Positions 12,199-25,528 of a stretch of DNA of 64,000 bases are shown one piece after another (within the stretch, counting starts at the first letter, position 1; each line of letters opens with the position of its first letter). Source of the stretch: Paraphysomonas bandaiensis. Lineage: Eukaryota > Protista > Chrysophyceae. The notes beneath the pieces were generated by a model. The model worked only from the letters and a program-made list of their open reading frames with translations, ran no database searches and was not told the DNA's origin. The stretch is from NCBI GenBank assembly GCA_965644295.1, contig CBFFRP010000410.1, forward strand, positions 124,001 to 188,000, written 5' to 3'. Made by a program: the position numbers and the translations under genes.

Positions 12199-12851
12199 AC
12201 ACTTGAATGTACCCTATGCGTATCCTATACAGTCCCTTCAAGTACTAAACTGAAAATCCTCTATGTAATACACTGTATACAGTACTGTATATAAGAGGAA
12301 AGTTCAAGAATGTTTCTGTCATTTTTTTGTGAATGGTGAGAACTTTGTGCTGTACGCTTGTACTACATACGTACCGATGTACTGCCACTTCCTAGATACC
12401 TACAGCAGTACATATGTGTATATGTATCATATGATCCACTTGTACTGCTGTACTATGTATGGATTGACGACACAGTACATAGACATCTACATATAGACAC
12501 TGTAGGACTGTGTATACTGCTGTGTACATACATACATCATGTACGCCCAGTACATACACACACACATATATACATACATACACACCATACCCATAACTTA
12601 ACTTGATTTCATATCTCACTGAACAGCAACAGCCTCTCCTCACTCCATCATCTCTTCCCATCAACAAGAGACATTCCCTCTATCCTTTCAATTGCTGTTA
12701 CCTCTCCATCTATATCCCTATCCATCCATCCATTAGATATAGAGATATACACACACCTCTATAAGCCCTCTATAGCCCCCTGTAGCCCCTCTATATACCT
12801 CTATACATCCCTCTATAGCCCCCCTGTAGCCCTCTATACCATCCCAGCAAC

Positions 12852-15396
12852 ATGGACATAGACAGTCCCATACAAATCGAGTCATATCCTCCTGAAGATA
12901 TTCCCACACAAGCTGAAAGTGATACATTTATAGAAGTATACGAGAATACTGATGAGAATACAGAGTCGCCTGAGTTATGGGCTCGTCTAGTGAGCATATC
13001 CAGCACAAAAAGTCATATGGATTTATATCTATCCGCACCAGTTGATGGGAAGCATGGGGTGTATAAACTAGGCCGTTCTGCATCAGCTGATTTTCGATTT
13101 AATCAAAAGAGAATATCGAATGAGCATTGCTTTTTGTATTGTCGTCCAAGGTTTGCTGCATTATAGTCCTACAGTTTTGTATTAATACAATGAACAGTGC
13201 TGGCGATAAACAACTGCAGCCTTACATTGAAGATAATTCACAAAATGGCACTTATGTAAATGGCACGCGGCTTCATAAACATGTGCGTCGCTTATTGCAC
13301 AGTGGCGACGAGGTGTCACTCATCAACCCTGATGCTGGGAAGAAACCTGATGGAAAGCTCTCTCCAGAAGTTGAATCTGCCACTTTTTATGTGCACATAT
13401 TTCTTCCTGGAGCTACAGAACGAGGGACATCGAGTATGCCTACGCCTGCAACTGACACTGGTGGAGGTGAATTTGGCCATTTCGATGGTCATACGTAACT
13501 TGTGACTTAGGGTTAATGAGAAGTGGTACAGTAGCGCATCTTCTTAGCCAAGCTCGAAATATCACAGATTACTATGATGTGCGCGAACTGCTGGGAACTG
13601 GAGCAAACGGGCAGGTTTATCGCGCGATTCATCGCATTGACGGACATGAAGTGGCGGTTAAATTAACAGATATGAGGCAGTGTTATTTCCAGTGCTCTGT
13701 TATAACAGATGATGAAACGGGCAATCAGGTATTGTGATTTGTCATGCCCCACGTATTGAGCTTATCGAGTGCTGTATAGCTCATACAGCGTACGCCTACT
13801 GCTGATAAAGTGTTGAAAGAAGCGCACATGTTACGCTCGCTGGAGCATCCAAGGATTATTAGATTAGAAGACGTTTTTACAAATGGAAGCACTCTCTATA
13901 TGGTCATGGAAATGGTGAAAGGTGAGGATATAGGACGGGATTATATATGTCTTATCCTAGTGTAGGTGGTGACCTATTTGACAGAGTGGTTTCTAAGTCA
14001 AAGTATGATGAGGAAAAGGTATTGCTCCATTGGGCAATGGTTCGTATTTTATTTTTACTTAGGCACGCGTACTCATCCTGCAACTTCTGAGCGCTATTCA
14101 TTATCTACATAGTCGCAAAGTAGCTCACAGGTAAAGCGATAACATATTTTGTGAGCGTGTCATTCTGATTCGTGCGATAGAGACTTGAAACCGGAGAACA
14201 TATTGCTCGTTAGTAAGCAATCTGACGTGGATATTAAAGTCACGGGTAGGATAAGTAATTTTGACAGTAGTATGTAATTAAAGTGTTGTTTTCTTAGATT
14301 TCGGGCTTGCGAAAAGCGCCGATGAGGCAGGTGGATTGAAAACATATTGTGGCACTCCACAGTACTTTGCCCCTGAGGTACAAAAATATATACTAATTTT
14401 CAGAGAAAATTATGATATCTGTCGATGTAATGGTTTCAGGTGTTAGAGCAACAGTACAATTATTCCTCCGGCAAGACGTATTCTCTTGAGGCTGATATGT
14501 GGAGTGTTGGTGTTATCACTTACGCCCTCTTATGGTAGTTTATCCTAATCGAAATGTTGCATTTTTTTAATTTAAGTGAGCAGTGGTTCTCTTCCGTGGA
14601 GTACAGATGACCGAGCTCGCAATAGTGAAATACTCGCTGGTGCATATTCCATGCAAGGTATTTTTCTATGATTTGTAGTAGATTTTACACAACATAGTAG
14701 TGATCCCGGAAGTGTAGTGCAGTACTTACACTAATGCGGACCTGTGTAGGGCCTGTATGGGATAGTATATCCGCTGAAGGGAAAAGCTTTATAAGCCAGC
14801 TGATTATTGTAAACCCTGCTGCAAGATTAACTGCGAGCCAAGCTCTGCAGCATTTGTGGTTTGATCCAGTAAGCCATTTGAAGGATCGCTATGTGGTATC
14901 ACCATCTCTTGCCACGAGCGTGGACGTTAATAGAGATAGTACTACAGAAGCCGTGAATGTGATGGTGGCACCTGCAGATAACACCATGCCACCGCCTACA
15001 CAGCCACCAACGACACGAGGAAAGAAGAGAAAACAAGACTTTGCCGCTGAAAATGGCACAACTGAGGTGAGGTGCGAGCGTCGTACAACAAGACGTTCCA
15101 GTGCAGCAAGGAAGCTGGATGATGATTCAACATCGTCAGGAGAAAATGGCACAACTGAGGAGAGGTGCGAGCGTCGTACAACAAGACGTTCCAGTGCAAC
15201 GAAGAATGTGGATGATGATTCAACATCATCAGGAATAGATGGCACAACCGAGGAGAGATTTGAGCGTCGGACAACAAGGCGTTCCAGTGCAACAAGGAAT
15301 CTGGATGATGACTCAACATCATCGGGAACATCATCAGGTGAAAATTCAGTTAATAGTATCAAAACTATGTCCTCACGGCGAACAAGAAAAAAGTAA
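12852..15396 (+). CDS. CHK2/Cds1-like FHA-domain Ser/Thr kinase (CAMK group)
   Basis: FHA: LGRS...RISNEHC...DNSQNGTYVNG. Kinase: LGTGANGQV, VAVK, H|RDLKPEN, T|DFGLAK, TYCGTPQYFAPE, DMWSVGVI. About 10 GT-AG introns (first 13150-13196). Confidence 0.9.
15049..15327 (+). repeat. 3 x 93-bp (31-aa) coding tandem repeat in kinase tail
   Basis: ENGTTE(V/E)RCERRTTRRSSA...DDDSTSSG units start at 15049, 15142 and 15235. Confidence 0.9.
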
Positions 15397-15755
15397 TCTT
15401 GGAAATGATGAGAATACTCAAGCGACGTTATTGTCGTTGAAGAGAGTTTGATATAAGTACCGAAGTGATTTATGACATCACTGCAGTAGGTTTTATTGTC
15501 ATTATACATTATATACAGTTTGATGTAAGTTAATATAGTCTCTCTTTACCCTTTATTGGTTGTGCAAGTAATTATGGCAACAAAGAATGGTATATGCACC
15601 CACAACTTACACAACATACGAGATTAGTTTACTCTTGATAATTATTAGCCACCAATCCATACTGTTTAAACTTCTACCAAGGAGCGCGATCACTAATTTC
15701 AGCCTGTATTACAAATTTAACGCATTGTTGTCATTGACAAAGGAACTCCCCCATG

Positions 15756-17055
15756 CAGGTCAATTAATTGCCATCAATAATAAAATTGCAATAATTGAAA
15801 TTGAGACATCAAATCAAAATTGCAATTATAATTTTTTAATGAGTTTCGCTGTTTGGGAGAAATTCAAAGCTAAAGTTCAAAGTTAATAATTTAAAGATAT
15901 TTGAAGAATACAGAAGTAGATAACTGCATTATGAGAACTAATGTCATGATATTAATCATTGTAGTGATACTGAAATATCGACCTTCTTTAAGATTGTATA
16001 GAAATGATACAACATGAATTTGGTGATTGACGGAATTGCACTGATTGATATTATGATATCATAAGTTTGTTCTATACTATATATTATATTACAATATGTT
16101 TCTAACTTATAATAATAATATCATCATTTAGAGTAAAAGTATTGTTTAGTGTTATGTCATTTTCTCCGGCTTGTTTCAATTTATTTCCAATAAAAGTTGT
16201 TCAAAACTGCATTTTTATTGATAAAAATCTAACATTGATGAAAGACTATAATATCCATATAGGATTATCTTACATACTAATTCATTTCCTTCATTGGCGA
16301 TATGAGCGATAAACTGGCACTACAAGTCATTGCACGAGTGTTCTTTGAGAAAGTAAATGATAAGAACGAAGAGGCTCAATATAGAGACTTGGAAAAATAC
16401 CGGGAGTGTCCTCTGTAGGAAAGAAGGGTTATGGAGCAACATGTCGCAGCACGCCATCAAACACAATGGATGGGAAGAGAATGTTTAGGCTGACCAGCGA
16501 GGAGGTGGTGCAATCGATAAATATGTTGAGCACAAAGTATTACATCAAGCGTGGAAATCGTATCACTGATTGGAGTGGGTGATGATAGATGATCTTCCTT
16601 TTGATAATATAAAAACCATTGACGCGAAAGAACACCAGGTTGAGTAATATTTCGATATCAACATTGATGAGGTATATATAGAAGCCTTGGACTTCGAGGT
16701 CAAAAGCAATGCTTCCAATGCATTTCGGTTTGATTGTTGATGGATGGACGTGCAGCACGGAACGTTGATGGATGATGGCAGTGAGAGTCTAGTTCAAAAA
16801 AAAAGTGCAACGTTTGATTCATGGTAGCAGGCAGCGGAAGTGAATACGTCTTATTTGCTGGTTGTTACAGCATGAAGCACTTGCATGCCACAACCAATAG
16901 GATTGAAAGGTTGTTCAGTAGAGCTAAGATTTAGAATTGCTTGTGTTTTTACGTATGAACCGTTGCCTCTGAAATGAAGTTTATTATAATATTATAATTA
17001 ACTACAACCTGCGTCAAATAATAAATAATAGACAATTAATTGATACGCAGCCCTG
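15756..17055 (+). mobile_element. Internally deleted, decayed hAT DNA transposon
   Basis: 8-bp TSD CCCCCATG at 15748-15755 and 17056-17063. Right TIR (rc) CAGGGCTGCGTATCAATTAATTG; left TIR CAGG--------TCAATTAATTG. Transposase relics PLTRKNTRLSNISISTLMRYI, LPMHFGLIVDGWT, ATTNRIERLFSRAK and LELLVFLRMN, with stops and frameshifts. Confidence 0.9.
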
Positions 17056-17466
17056 CCCCCATGTTTTCAGATAATATGTATATGAAAGTCTGATTATTAC
17101 ATTTCAGATAATATGTACTTATTACATAATACTTCTAGTAGACAGGAATTTATCGTACGCTAATAATGCATAATACAATAGGTCAACGTATAATATCAAT
17201 GTATTATTGCATAATCCATATATATGCTGCTCCATATCGATACTGTATATAGAAAACAGAAAACGATTTCTCGATAGCTTTTCTTCTTCATAAATTACTA
17301 AAATAACGATATTTTACTTATTTAATCAAAATAATATGAATGTAATTAAGTCTATACGAACAATAAGAGAAACAGCTATGTTCTTCACGACGATACGAGG
17401 CATTTTCAGTGATGTAAACGCATAAAACATAAAATTTCAATATACTTTCCAATTCTTGATGAATCG

Positions 17467-19089
17467 TTACTCCGAAGGAACATAATCATCTACATGAGTT
17501 TGGTAGTCGTAATGACCGTACTCGACTGGTTTGCGGTTAATTGCAGTCATTGCAAGATCATTCTCTGCTTTAATAGCCTCTGATGTTGTAGCTAGTAGAA
17601 ACGATGGAGAGCGATACGGACTGAGCAGTGGCGGATCACGAACTTCGCCTGTGTCAAATGAAGGATTGCTTTTAGCTTTCGCCAAGTCTGGCTGACCGCT
17701 GCCATTCCGATGACTTGTCTCCAGAACAGAATCTAACCCGCTATTTTGTCTTGACATGGAAAATACGGACAGTTTCCGTCCACTCATAGAATGGTGAGGC
17801 GACTTTGTTGGGCTCGACACTTTACTGTCCATTTTACTCTCCGCCTCCTCCTTATCCAATTTTCTAATATCGATAACCATTTGCTTGCTATAGTTATTCG
17901 CATTCCAAGCGGTCATATTGGCATAAAACACAAGCTAAAAACAGAATCGTGAGCACAAAGTAATCAAAATGGTATAGTGCTTGACGAGAATGTGTAACAT
18001 TGTTCATCCGAATGTGACTTACCGCACCGATTCCGCCTACCAACATGACGAATAAACCTACAGCTGCTGCAGTGGGTTCAAACATAGATAACATGGCGCA
18101 TGCCATTGCACCAAATAATGCCACAGCATCCATACATAATAGGGTTGTCAATACCCCCACCAAATAACCGTACTTGGCTGCGAAGTCAACACGAAGGGCT
18201 TTCGAGTATGAGTTGACATATTGTTGGTGAATCCCAATAGTCAAAAGAACAGAGATTAAGGACATAACAGTAGTAACACACATAAGCACCACCTGTAAGT
18301 CGCATTATTAAGACGTAGAAAGAATAAATCAACTCACATATAATGACACGTAAAAGTCATCCTTCTTGGCCTCTCCTTGGCCATTGAATCCAAAGGACGG
18401 AGGCTCGAGTGTAGCAGGAATTGATATTGTCATAAAGAGAGTTGCTACTAGCCCGTAGTTCGGAAGAGTCTCTTTGAAATATTCATCCGGATCGCCACCA
18501 GCACGCTCCCAGTCACGCCTGTCAGTCAACAACTATTAGGTGTAAAAGATTTTCAGCAAATGACAATACGTCCCACACACTATCACAATAAGTAAATGGA
18601 AACTACAGACTATATACTATCAACTACACAATAAAACAGATGCTGTTAAAACAAGAGAGTAACATACCAAAAAGTTGGACTATTGAGATCAAATAACTCA
18701 TCCAATTCAAATGAATCTCCAGCCACTTTCATATTATCTAATTGTTCTAATCTCTCTTGTTGTATAGCATCTCCATGATAATTTAATATATGCATCTTAC
18801 GATCGTTTATTAGTGAGGTTTGTCTGAGTAGGCTGCCTCTGCGGGCTGATACGGTTTCCCCTTTTAAGTTTTGTAAGAATTTTGAATTGCGTCTTTCATT
18901 ATGTGTATCTGTATGAACACGTGAATGTCTACGATCATTAATATGATTATGATGTGGTCCATGTGTGTGTGTATGTGTATGTGTATGTGGATCTATGGGG
19001 TCCTTAACATCAGCTGGACTCTCCTCATTATCAGCTGGAACTATCTTCCATTTTGATGTTTGACGGGCAAGACGTTGACTTGGAATCAT
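17467..19089 (-). CDS. Multi-exon ~4-TM membrane protein, PGG-domain-like, no ankyrin repeats
   Basis: Four minus-strand ORFs can be joined by GT-AG introns (a probable micro-exon near 18580-18600 is uncertain). NYGLVATLFMTISIPATLEPP is followed by three further hydrophobic helices, with long hydrophilic N- and C-tails. Confidence 0.7.
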
Positions 19090-19293
19090 GTTCCTGTATG
19101 AGGATTAATAGAAAAGTGAGGTAAGATTCATTATGTGTGTGTAAAGGGGTTAGAGGGAATGTACGCTGGTTATGTATAGAAATGTGAGGGTATTTTGAAC
19201 AACTAGAACTGCCCGTATGCTCCGACCTACTGCTGTGTTGCTGTACGGTGATGTACAGTGTATTGAAGTGAATCCAATATCAGTTTCAGTGCC

Positions 19294-19759
19294 TGTATGT
19301 ATGTATGTATGTATGTATGTATGTATGTATGTATGTATGTATGTATGTATGTATGTATGTATGTATGTATGTATGTATGTATGTATGTATGTATGTATGT
19401 ATGTATGTATGTATGTATGTATGTATGTATGTATGTATGTATGTATGTATGTATGTATGTATGTATGTATGTATGTATGTATGTATGTATGTATGTATGT
19501 ATGTATGTATGTATGTATGTATGTATGTATGTATGTATGTATGTAGGTAGGTAGGTAGGTAGGTAGGTAGGTAGGTAGGTAGGTAGGTAGGTAGGTAGGT
19601 AGGTAGGTAGGTAGGTAGGTAGGTATGTATGTATGTATGTATGTATGTATGTATGTATGTAGGTAGGTAGGTAGGTAGGTAGGTAGGTAGGTATGTATGT
19701 ATGTATGTATGTAGGTAGGTAGGTAGGTAGGTAGGTAGGTAGGTAGGTAGGTAGGTAGG

Positions 19760-19793
<34 letters not shown>

Positions 19794-20107
19794 TGTATGT
19801 ATGTATGTATGTATGTATGTATGTATGTATGTATGTATGTATGTATGTATGTATGTATGTATGTATGTATGTATGTATGTATGTATGTATGTAGGTAGGT
19901 AGGTAGGTAGGTAGGTAGGTAGGTAGGTAGGTAGGTAGGTAGGTATGTATGTATGTATGTATGTATGTATGTATGTATGTATGTATGTATGTATGTATGT
20001 ATGTATGTATGTATGTATGTATGTATGTATGTAGGTAGGTAGGTAGGTAGGTAGGTAGGTAGGTAGGTAGGTAGGTAGGTAGGTAGGTAGGTAGGTAGGT
20101 AGGTAGG

Positions 20108-20141
<34 letters not shown>

Positions 20142-20192
20142 TGTATGTATGTATGTATGTATGTATGTATGTATGTATGTATGTATGTATGT
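19294..20192. repeat. Compound tetranucleotide microsatellite (ATGT)n/(AGGT)n
   Basis: Alternating ATGT and AGGT blocks visible directly. Confidence 0.98.
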
Positions 20193-20379
20193 ACATGAGC
20201 GTGCAGTATCAAGTAGGTAGATAAGTACTCTCGGTCCTGTGGTACCATATATGCTGCTGTACGATGGTGTACTATACGGTATACTTTTGTACATTTGTAG
20301 CATGTTTAGGTTGATTTTTGCAGTTAGGGTGTCAATAGGATACGTCGAGTGGCACTATCACACATATCACCCACACTAG

Positions 20380-21447
<1,068 letters not shown>

Positions 21448-22190
21448 CTAATTTTGTTTTTCCACCACATCTATCTCTGCATACGATCAATGTCTTGAAG
21501 ACTCCGTATTTCATAGTAGTTAGGCACAACCCCTTGTCATATTATCTAGCAGACTATGTTAATTGTGGGTGGTGTGGAATTGTCAATGATATCTCGTATC
21601 TAGTAAACTTCTATTCTTGATTAGCTAGGTCATTAATAATGATGAATACTTTAGTCTGATATGCTTCATTCTGTCTCAATCACCTATCACACCATAAGCT
21701 GGATAGCTGGAATATAGTGTGGCGAACCTAGCAGGGTTGCGTATGGTAATCTTGGATATCTTTCACCAATTAAAGACCTGCTCTAATGGTATTGCCTCTA
21801 CACACCAATACAAATGTGGCTAGCGCAGAGTGTAGTCGATTGTTCCAGCAAAGACTTCTCAACTTATAAAAGCCTCCAAATATAAGACATCAACAGTAGC
21901 CACAAAAATAACATATATAGTTCGTATTCATGGTAAAGTTAACAGCAATATGATAAATTTCATTTAATCTCTTAGTATCTAAATATAGTCGTCCTAAGAA
22001 GATTCTCATCAATCATGTATTTAAATGAGAACTATAACATGTAACATATATCACACAGAACAAGCAAAATACTTTCAAAATAGGACACTTGAACACAAGA
22101 TATAAAGTGAGCTTAAGCAATACGAGTCCCTTGACGAGCAAACAAAATACAGTAGCATATCAGCACATCATGAATAACAGCACAAAAATA

Positions 22191-23159
22191 TTAGACGTTA
22201 ACGTCATAGCTTACAGACGATGCTGGAGATGTCAACCCAAACGCTGTTTTTATCAAGAGGCTATTGAGCATTGGATTGGAGTTCTCTGATATATCACTCG
22301 ACAAAATGGGATCACCATTTGTTGAGCTGTGCCTCCGAAGCCAGGGCACATTCTCCACTTGAACAGCCCTCTCGTTATCCACTATACTGTAGTAAATATA
22401 CGCCAGATTGAAAAATATACCTGAACAACTGATACCAAGGGCGGACATGTGGCCATGTACCGCACTCGCATTGCCCGTAGAAAGTACGGTGAAAAAATAT
22501 GTACCACTAGGGATTAGTGCGATTGACAGTATTACAGGATAGGGTAAAAGTGGACGCAGGAGCGGAAGTAACGTATTCGATGATTTGAAAGAGAGCAGGA
22601 CAGCAGTATACACGGTACATATCAAATTCAACATGAAACACACATAGATCGGCAATACAAACGTAAAAACATACGCCAGCCGCTGCGTGTGCACAGCTTT
22701 CGAGTTATCAATGAAATCAGCACTCTCTCTACTTTCAATATCGCAGAATATATGTGCTGTGTGTATACTCATGGAAGCTAATAGACACATAGTACCCACT
22801 GCAAATGCCAAAGCAATACCGCGTTTGATAATATTAGGAGCCGGTGTTTTGGATGTTAGAATAATATAAAATATAGACACAGATATAACAACAATAGTAA
22901 TCGATTTATACATTCCACCAACTTGATACATATACTCCTGTATAGAACAAACCGTATAGGGATTGTCGTACTTCGGCCCTATCAACCAACTCCCACACTG
23001 GACTATGTCCCAACACGCAAGCATTGACGAATACTGATGATATCTTTGTCGTTTAAGTTTCTCACATGATAAAACTTTCCATACAACCATACATGAAAGC
23101 ATGAATGATATAGAACATGGCACTAGCCAGTAGTAATACCAGTTATGTAGTGTTTCCAT
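22191..23159 (-). CDS. cAMP-receptor/Git3-like 7TM GPCR-like protein
   Basis: Intronless 322 aa, about seven hydrophobic segments, CSIQ (ECL1 Cys), FC in ECL2, LLPYP in TM6. Confidence 0.7.
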   Translation of the reverse strand: METLHNWYYYWLVPCSISFMLSCMVVWKVLSCEKLKRQRYHQYSSMLACWDIVQCGSWLIGPKYDNPYTVCSIQEYMYQVGGMYKSITIVVISVSIFYIILTSKTPAPNIIKRGIALAFAVGTMCLLASMSIHTAHIFCDIESRESADFIDNSKAVHTQRLAYVFTFVLPIYVCFMLNLICTVYTAVLLSFKSSNTLLPLLRPLLPYPVILSIALIPSGTYFFTVLSTGNASAVHGHMSALGISCSGIFFNLAYIYYSIVDNERAVQVENVPWLRRHSSTNGDPILSSDISENSNPMLNSLLIKTAFGLTSPASSVSYDVNV

Positions 23160-23372
23160 AGGGATGTATGGTATAAGGTGATGGGAGATATGACTGGCTA
23201 AGATATGAGAGGTAATGAGACTAATGTTAGGTGAGGGGTGTCATGTAATAGAGGGGAATAGGGTTAAGTTTGTTGGGAGGTGTGATGTGATGTGATATAC
23301 TGAGATATGATGCGGTTAAATTGACCACGAGGAGTATCTATCCGACACATGTATATGTACAGCACCAGCAGC

Positions 23373-23374
<2 letters not shown>

Positions 23375-23403
<29 letters not shown>

Positions 23404-23470
23404 TGTATGTATGTATGTATGTATGTATGTATGTAGGTAGGTAGGTAGGTAGGTAGGTAGGTAGGTAGGT
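23375..23470. repeat. (ATGT)n/(AGGT)n microsatellite
   Basis: Direct observation. Confidence 0.95.
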
Positions 23471-23856
23471 GTGTACAGCAGTAGGTACGAAGGTAGGTAG
23501 GTACTGTAGGTACAGTAGGTGGGTACAGGTAAGAAGATACGTAAGAAATCCCAGGTTTTTAGCTATATACTGTTTTTTGATAATATATTTCTCAAACAAC
23601 GAAAAATAGCGAGCGATTTTTTAACCTGGTCGACATAATCCCACCCACAGCAGTGTATGTAAAGTGTCAAATACAGCAAATATATATATGTATATATCCC
23701 GGACATATGATTGGCTGAGAACGATTTGGCGGAATGTGGTCTATTCAAGATTCGTAACGGACTGTTTGAAACGGTGCATTTCGTTGTGGTTTTCTGTTGC
23801 AAAGCATTATCACAACTGTCCATTAACACAATTATTTATACAGAGCAGTACTCAAG

Positions 23857-24681
23857 ATGATTTTTTCTGTTATAATCTCAGCTGCAATGCTTGCGGTTGC
23901 AAGCGGAACTTCTTCACCGACTTCTGTTCCATCTGGGCAGCCTTCTGGACAACCAACTGGTCAGCCTACAGGACAACCTACTTGTGTGCCTACTGGTGAA
24001 CCTTCTGGGCAACCAACCTCTATTCCTACAAGTGCTCCCTCATATGTTGAGGAGCCTTGGGGTCAGATTACATGGGACAAGCGCCGTCACCGTCAGGCTG
24101 GTATGTGTGAGAATCAGTGCTCCGGCCATGGAACCTGTGAATTCAATGATAACTGCCGATGCTACAAGGGTATTGATGGTGAGGATGAGTATACCGGCCC
24201 TGACTGCTCTTTGAGAACTTGCCCTAAGGACTTTGCCTGGGTTGGATCTGTTGTCAATGCCAATGATTTACATCCCTGGGTTGAGTGCTCTAACAAGGGA
24301 ATTTGCGATCGTACTTCTGGCGAATGCCAGTGCTTTACTGGATATGAGGGTGTTGCTTGCCAGAGAACCGTCTGTCCTAATAACTGTAATGACCGTGGAA
24401 CATGCTGGCCTGAAAAGCATTTGGCATCCAAAGCTTCCCGTGTTTACACCACTCCTTGGGACGCTATGAAACACGTTGGTTGCCTTTGTGATGCTGGATA
24501 CAGAGGACCTGCATGCGACCAACAGGAATGCCCCTCTGGCCTTGATCCTTTGGATGGATATGGTAATGAAGCTGGACGAGACTGCTCTGGTAGAGGTATT
24601 TGCGACTATGGAACTGGAACCTGCTCTTGCTTCACTGGTTTCTTTGGCACTCGTTGTCAGCACCAGACCACTGTGATGTAA
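23857..24681 (+). CDS. Tubular mastigoneme protein (Sig/Ocm-type, EGF-like Cys repeats)
   Basis: Signal peptide, [10 protein letters not shown] linker, [71 protein letters not shown]. Confidence 0.88.
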   Translation: MIFSVIISAAMLAVASGTSSPTSVPSGQPSGQPTGQPTGQPTCVPTGEPSGQPTSIPTSAPSYVEEPWGQITWDKRRHRQAGMCENQCSGHGTCEFNDNCRCYKGIDGEDEYTGPDCSLRTCPKDFAWVGSVVNANDLHPWVECSNKGICDRTSGECQCFTGYEGVACQRTVCPNNCNDRGTCWPEKHLASKASRVYTTPWDAMKHVGCLCDAGYRGPACDQQECPSGLDPLDGYGNEAGRDCSGRGICDYGTGTCSCFTGFFGTRCQHQTTVM

Positions 24682-25528
24682 ATGTGATTCTTGTAATAGG
24701 ACGATATATGTTTATGTTATGAAGCTAATAATAATTTCAACGTTACTTCGGTAACAACTCTACATTTACTTACCTTCACTCCTTCACAACTTTAATATTT
24801 CGTATTTACATACGTCTAGCATTTAGAATTCCAGAGTGCACCAGAAAGAATGCAAGTGCCATGAGGGCGCAACACCCTATTGATAGTCCTATCTATCTAT
24901 AATCTATACTGCACAGAATTGTTTTTTTGGGGGAAGTTGGGTTCTGTCATGTCATTGCTAACAGAAACTCATTTGATATATGCTGATGACAGCTTTGGGA
25001 GGTTAGAAGAATTAATTTATAAATGCCTACGTGAAATAAATTACTATGCGACGCATAACTATTAACTGGGGTCACATGAGTCCACATAAAGTGGAATATT
25101 CCTCAAGCTCTCCAAGGCGCCGCGGCATCAATTCCTCCTGCGAATTGTTCTCTGCCCTCATCAAAATCGGACTCGCACCTTTTGCTACACTTGTTCTGAC
25201 TCTTACATGCCTATTGGTAATAATCAGACATTTACTACAACTGCATATCTGAGATTAAAGTATTGTGTGAAACAAAGCAAGTTTGAGGTTTACGCGATAT
25301 GTCCTATTTGACCATTAGAGGAGAGCGCAGAAATGTAATGACGCACATTGTTCGACATAGCGTTACGTAATTCGAATATTATTACAACAGAAAAGAACAA
25401 AAGCATTCGGATTTAATAGCAAGTAGCGCTTATTCATATTTCATAGTATTCATTTTTGTGATGCTCAGCAACTAATTCCGGAATCTAAGTCTATATTCAT
25501 TCGTATAATAACGGGTTTTCCCAGAACA

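Noticed and set aside
18530-18670. Apparent in-frame TAA TAG suggesting stop readthrough or a variant genetic code
   Set aside because: Explained by a micro-exon with ordinary GT-AG introns; other genes end normally in TAA, TAG or TGA.
19150-20303. Long HTYI/MYVC/LPTY ORFs (also 36732-37146, 48259-48535, 54352-55430, 63604-63998)
   Set aside because: Translations of (ACAT)n/(ACCT)n microsatellites, which lack stop codons; no coding evidence.
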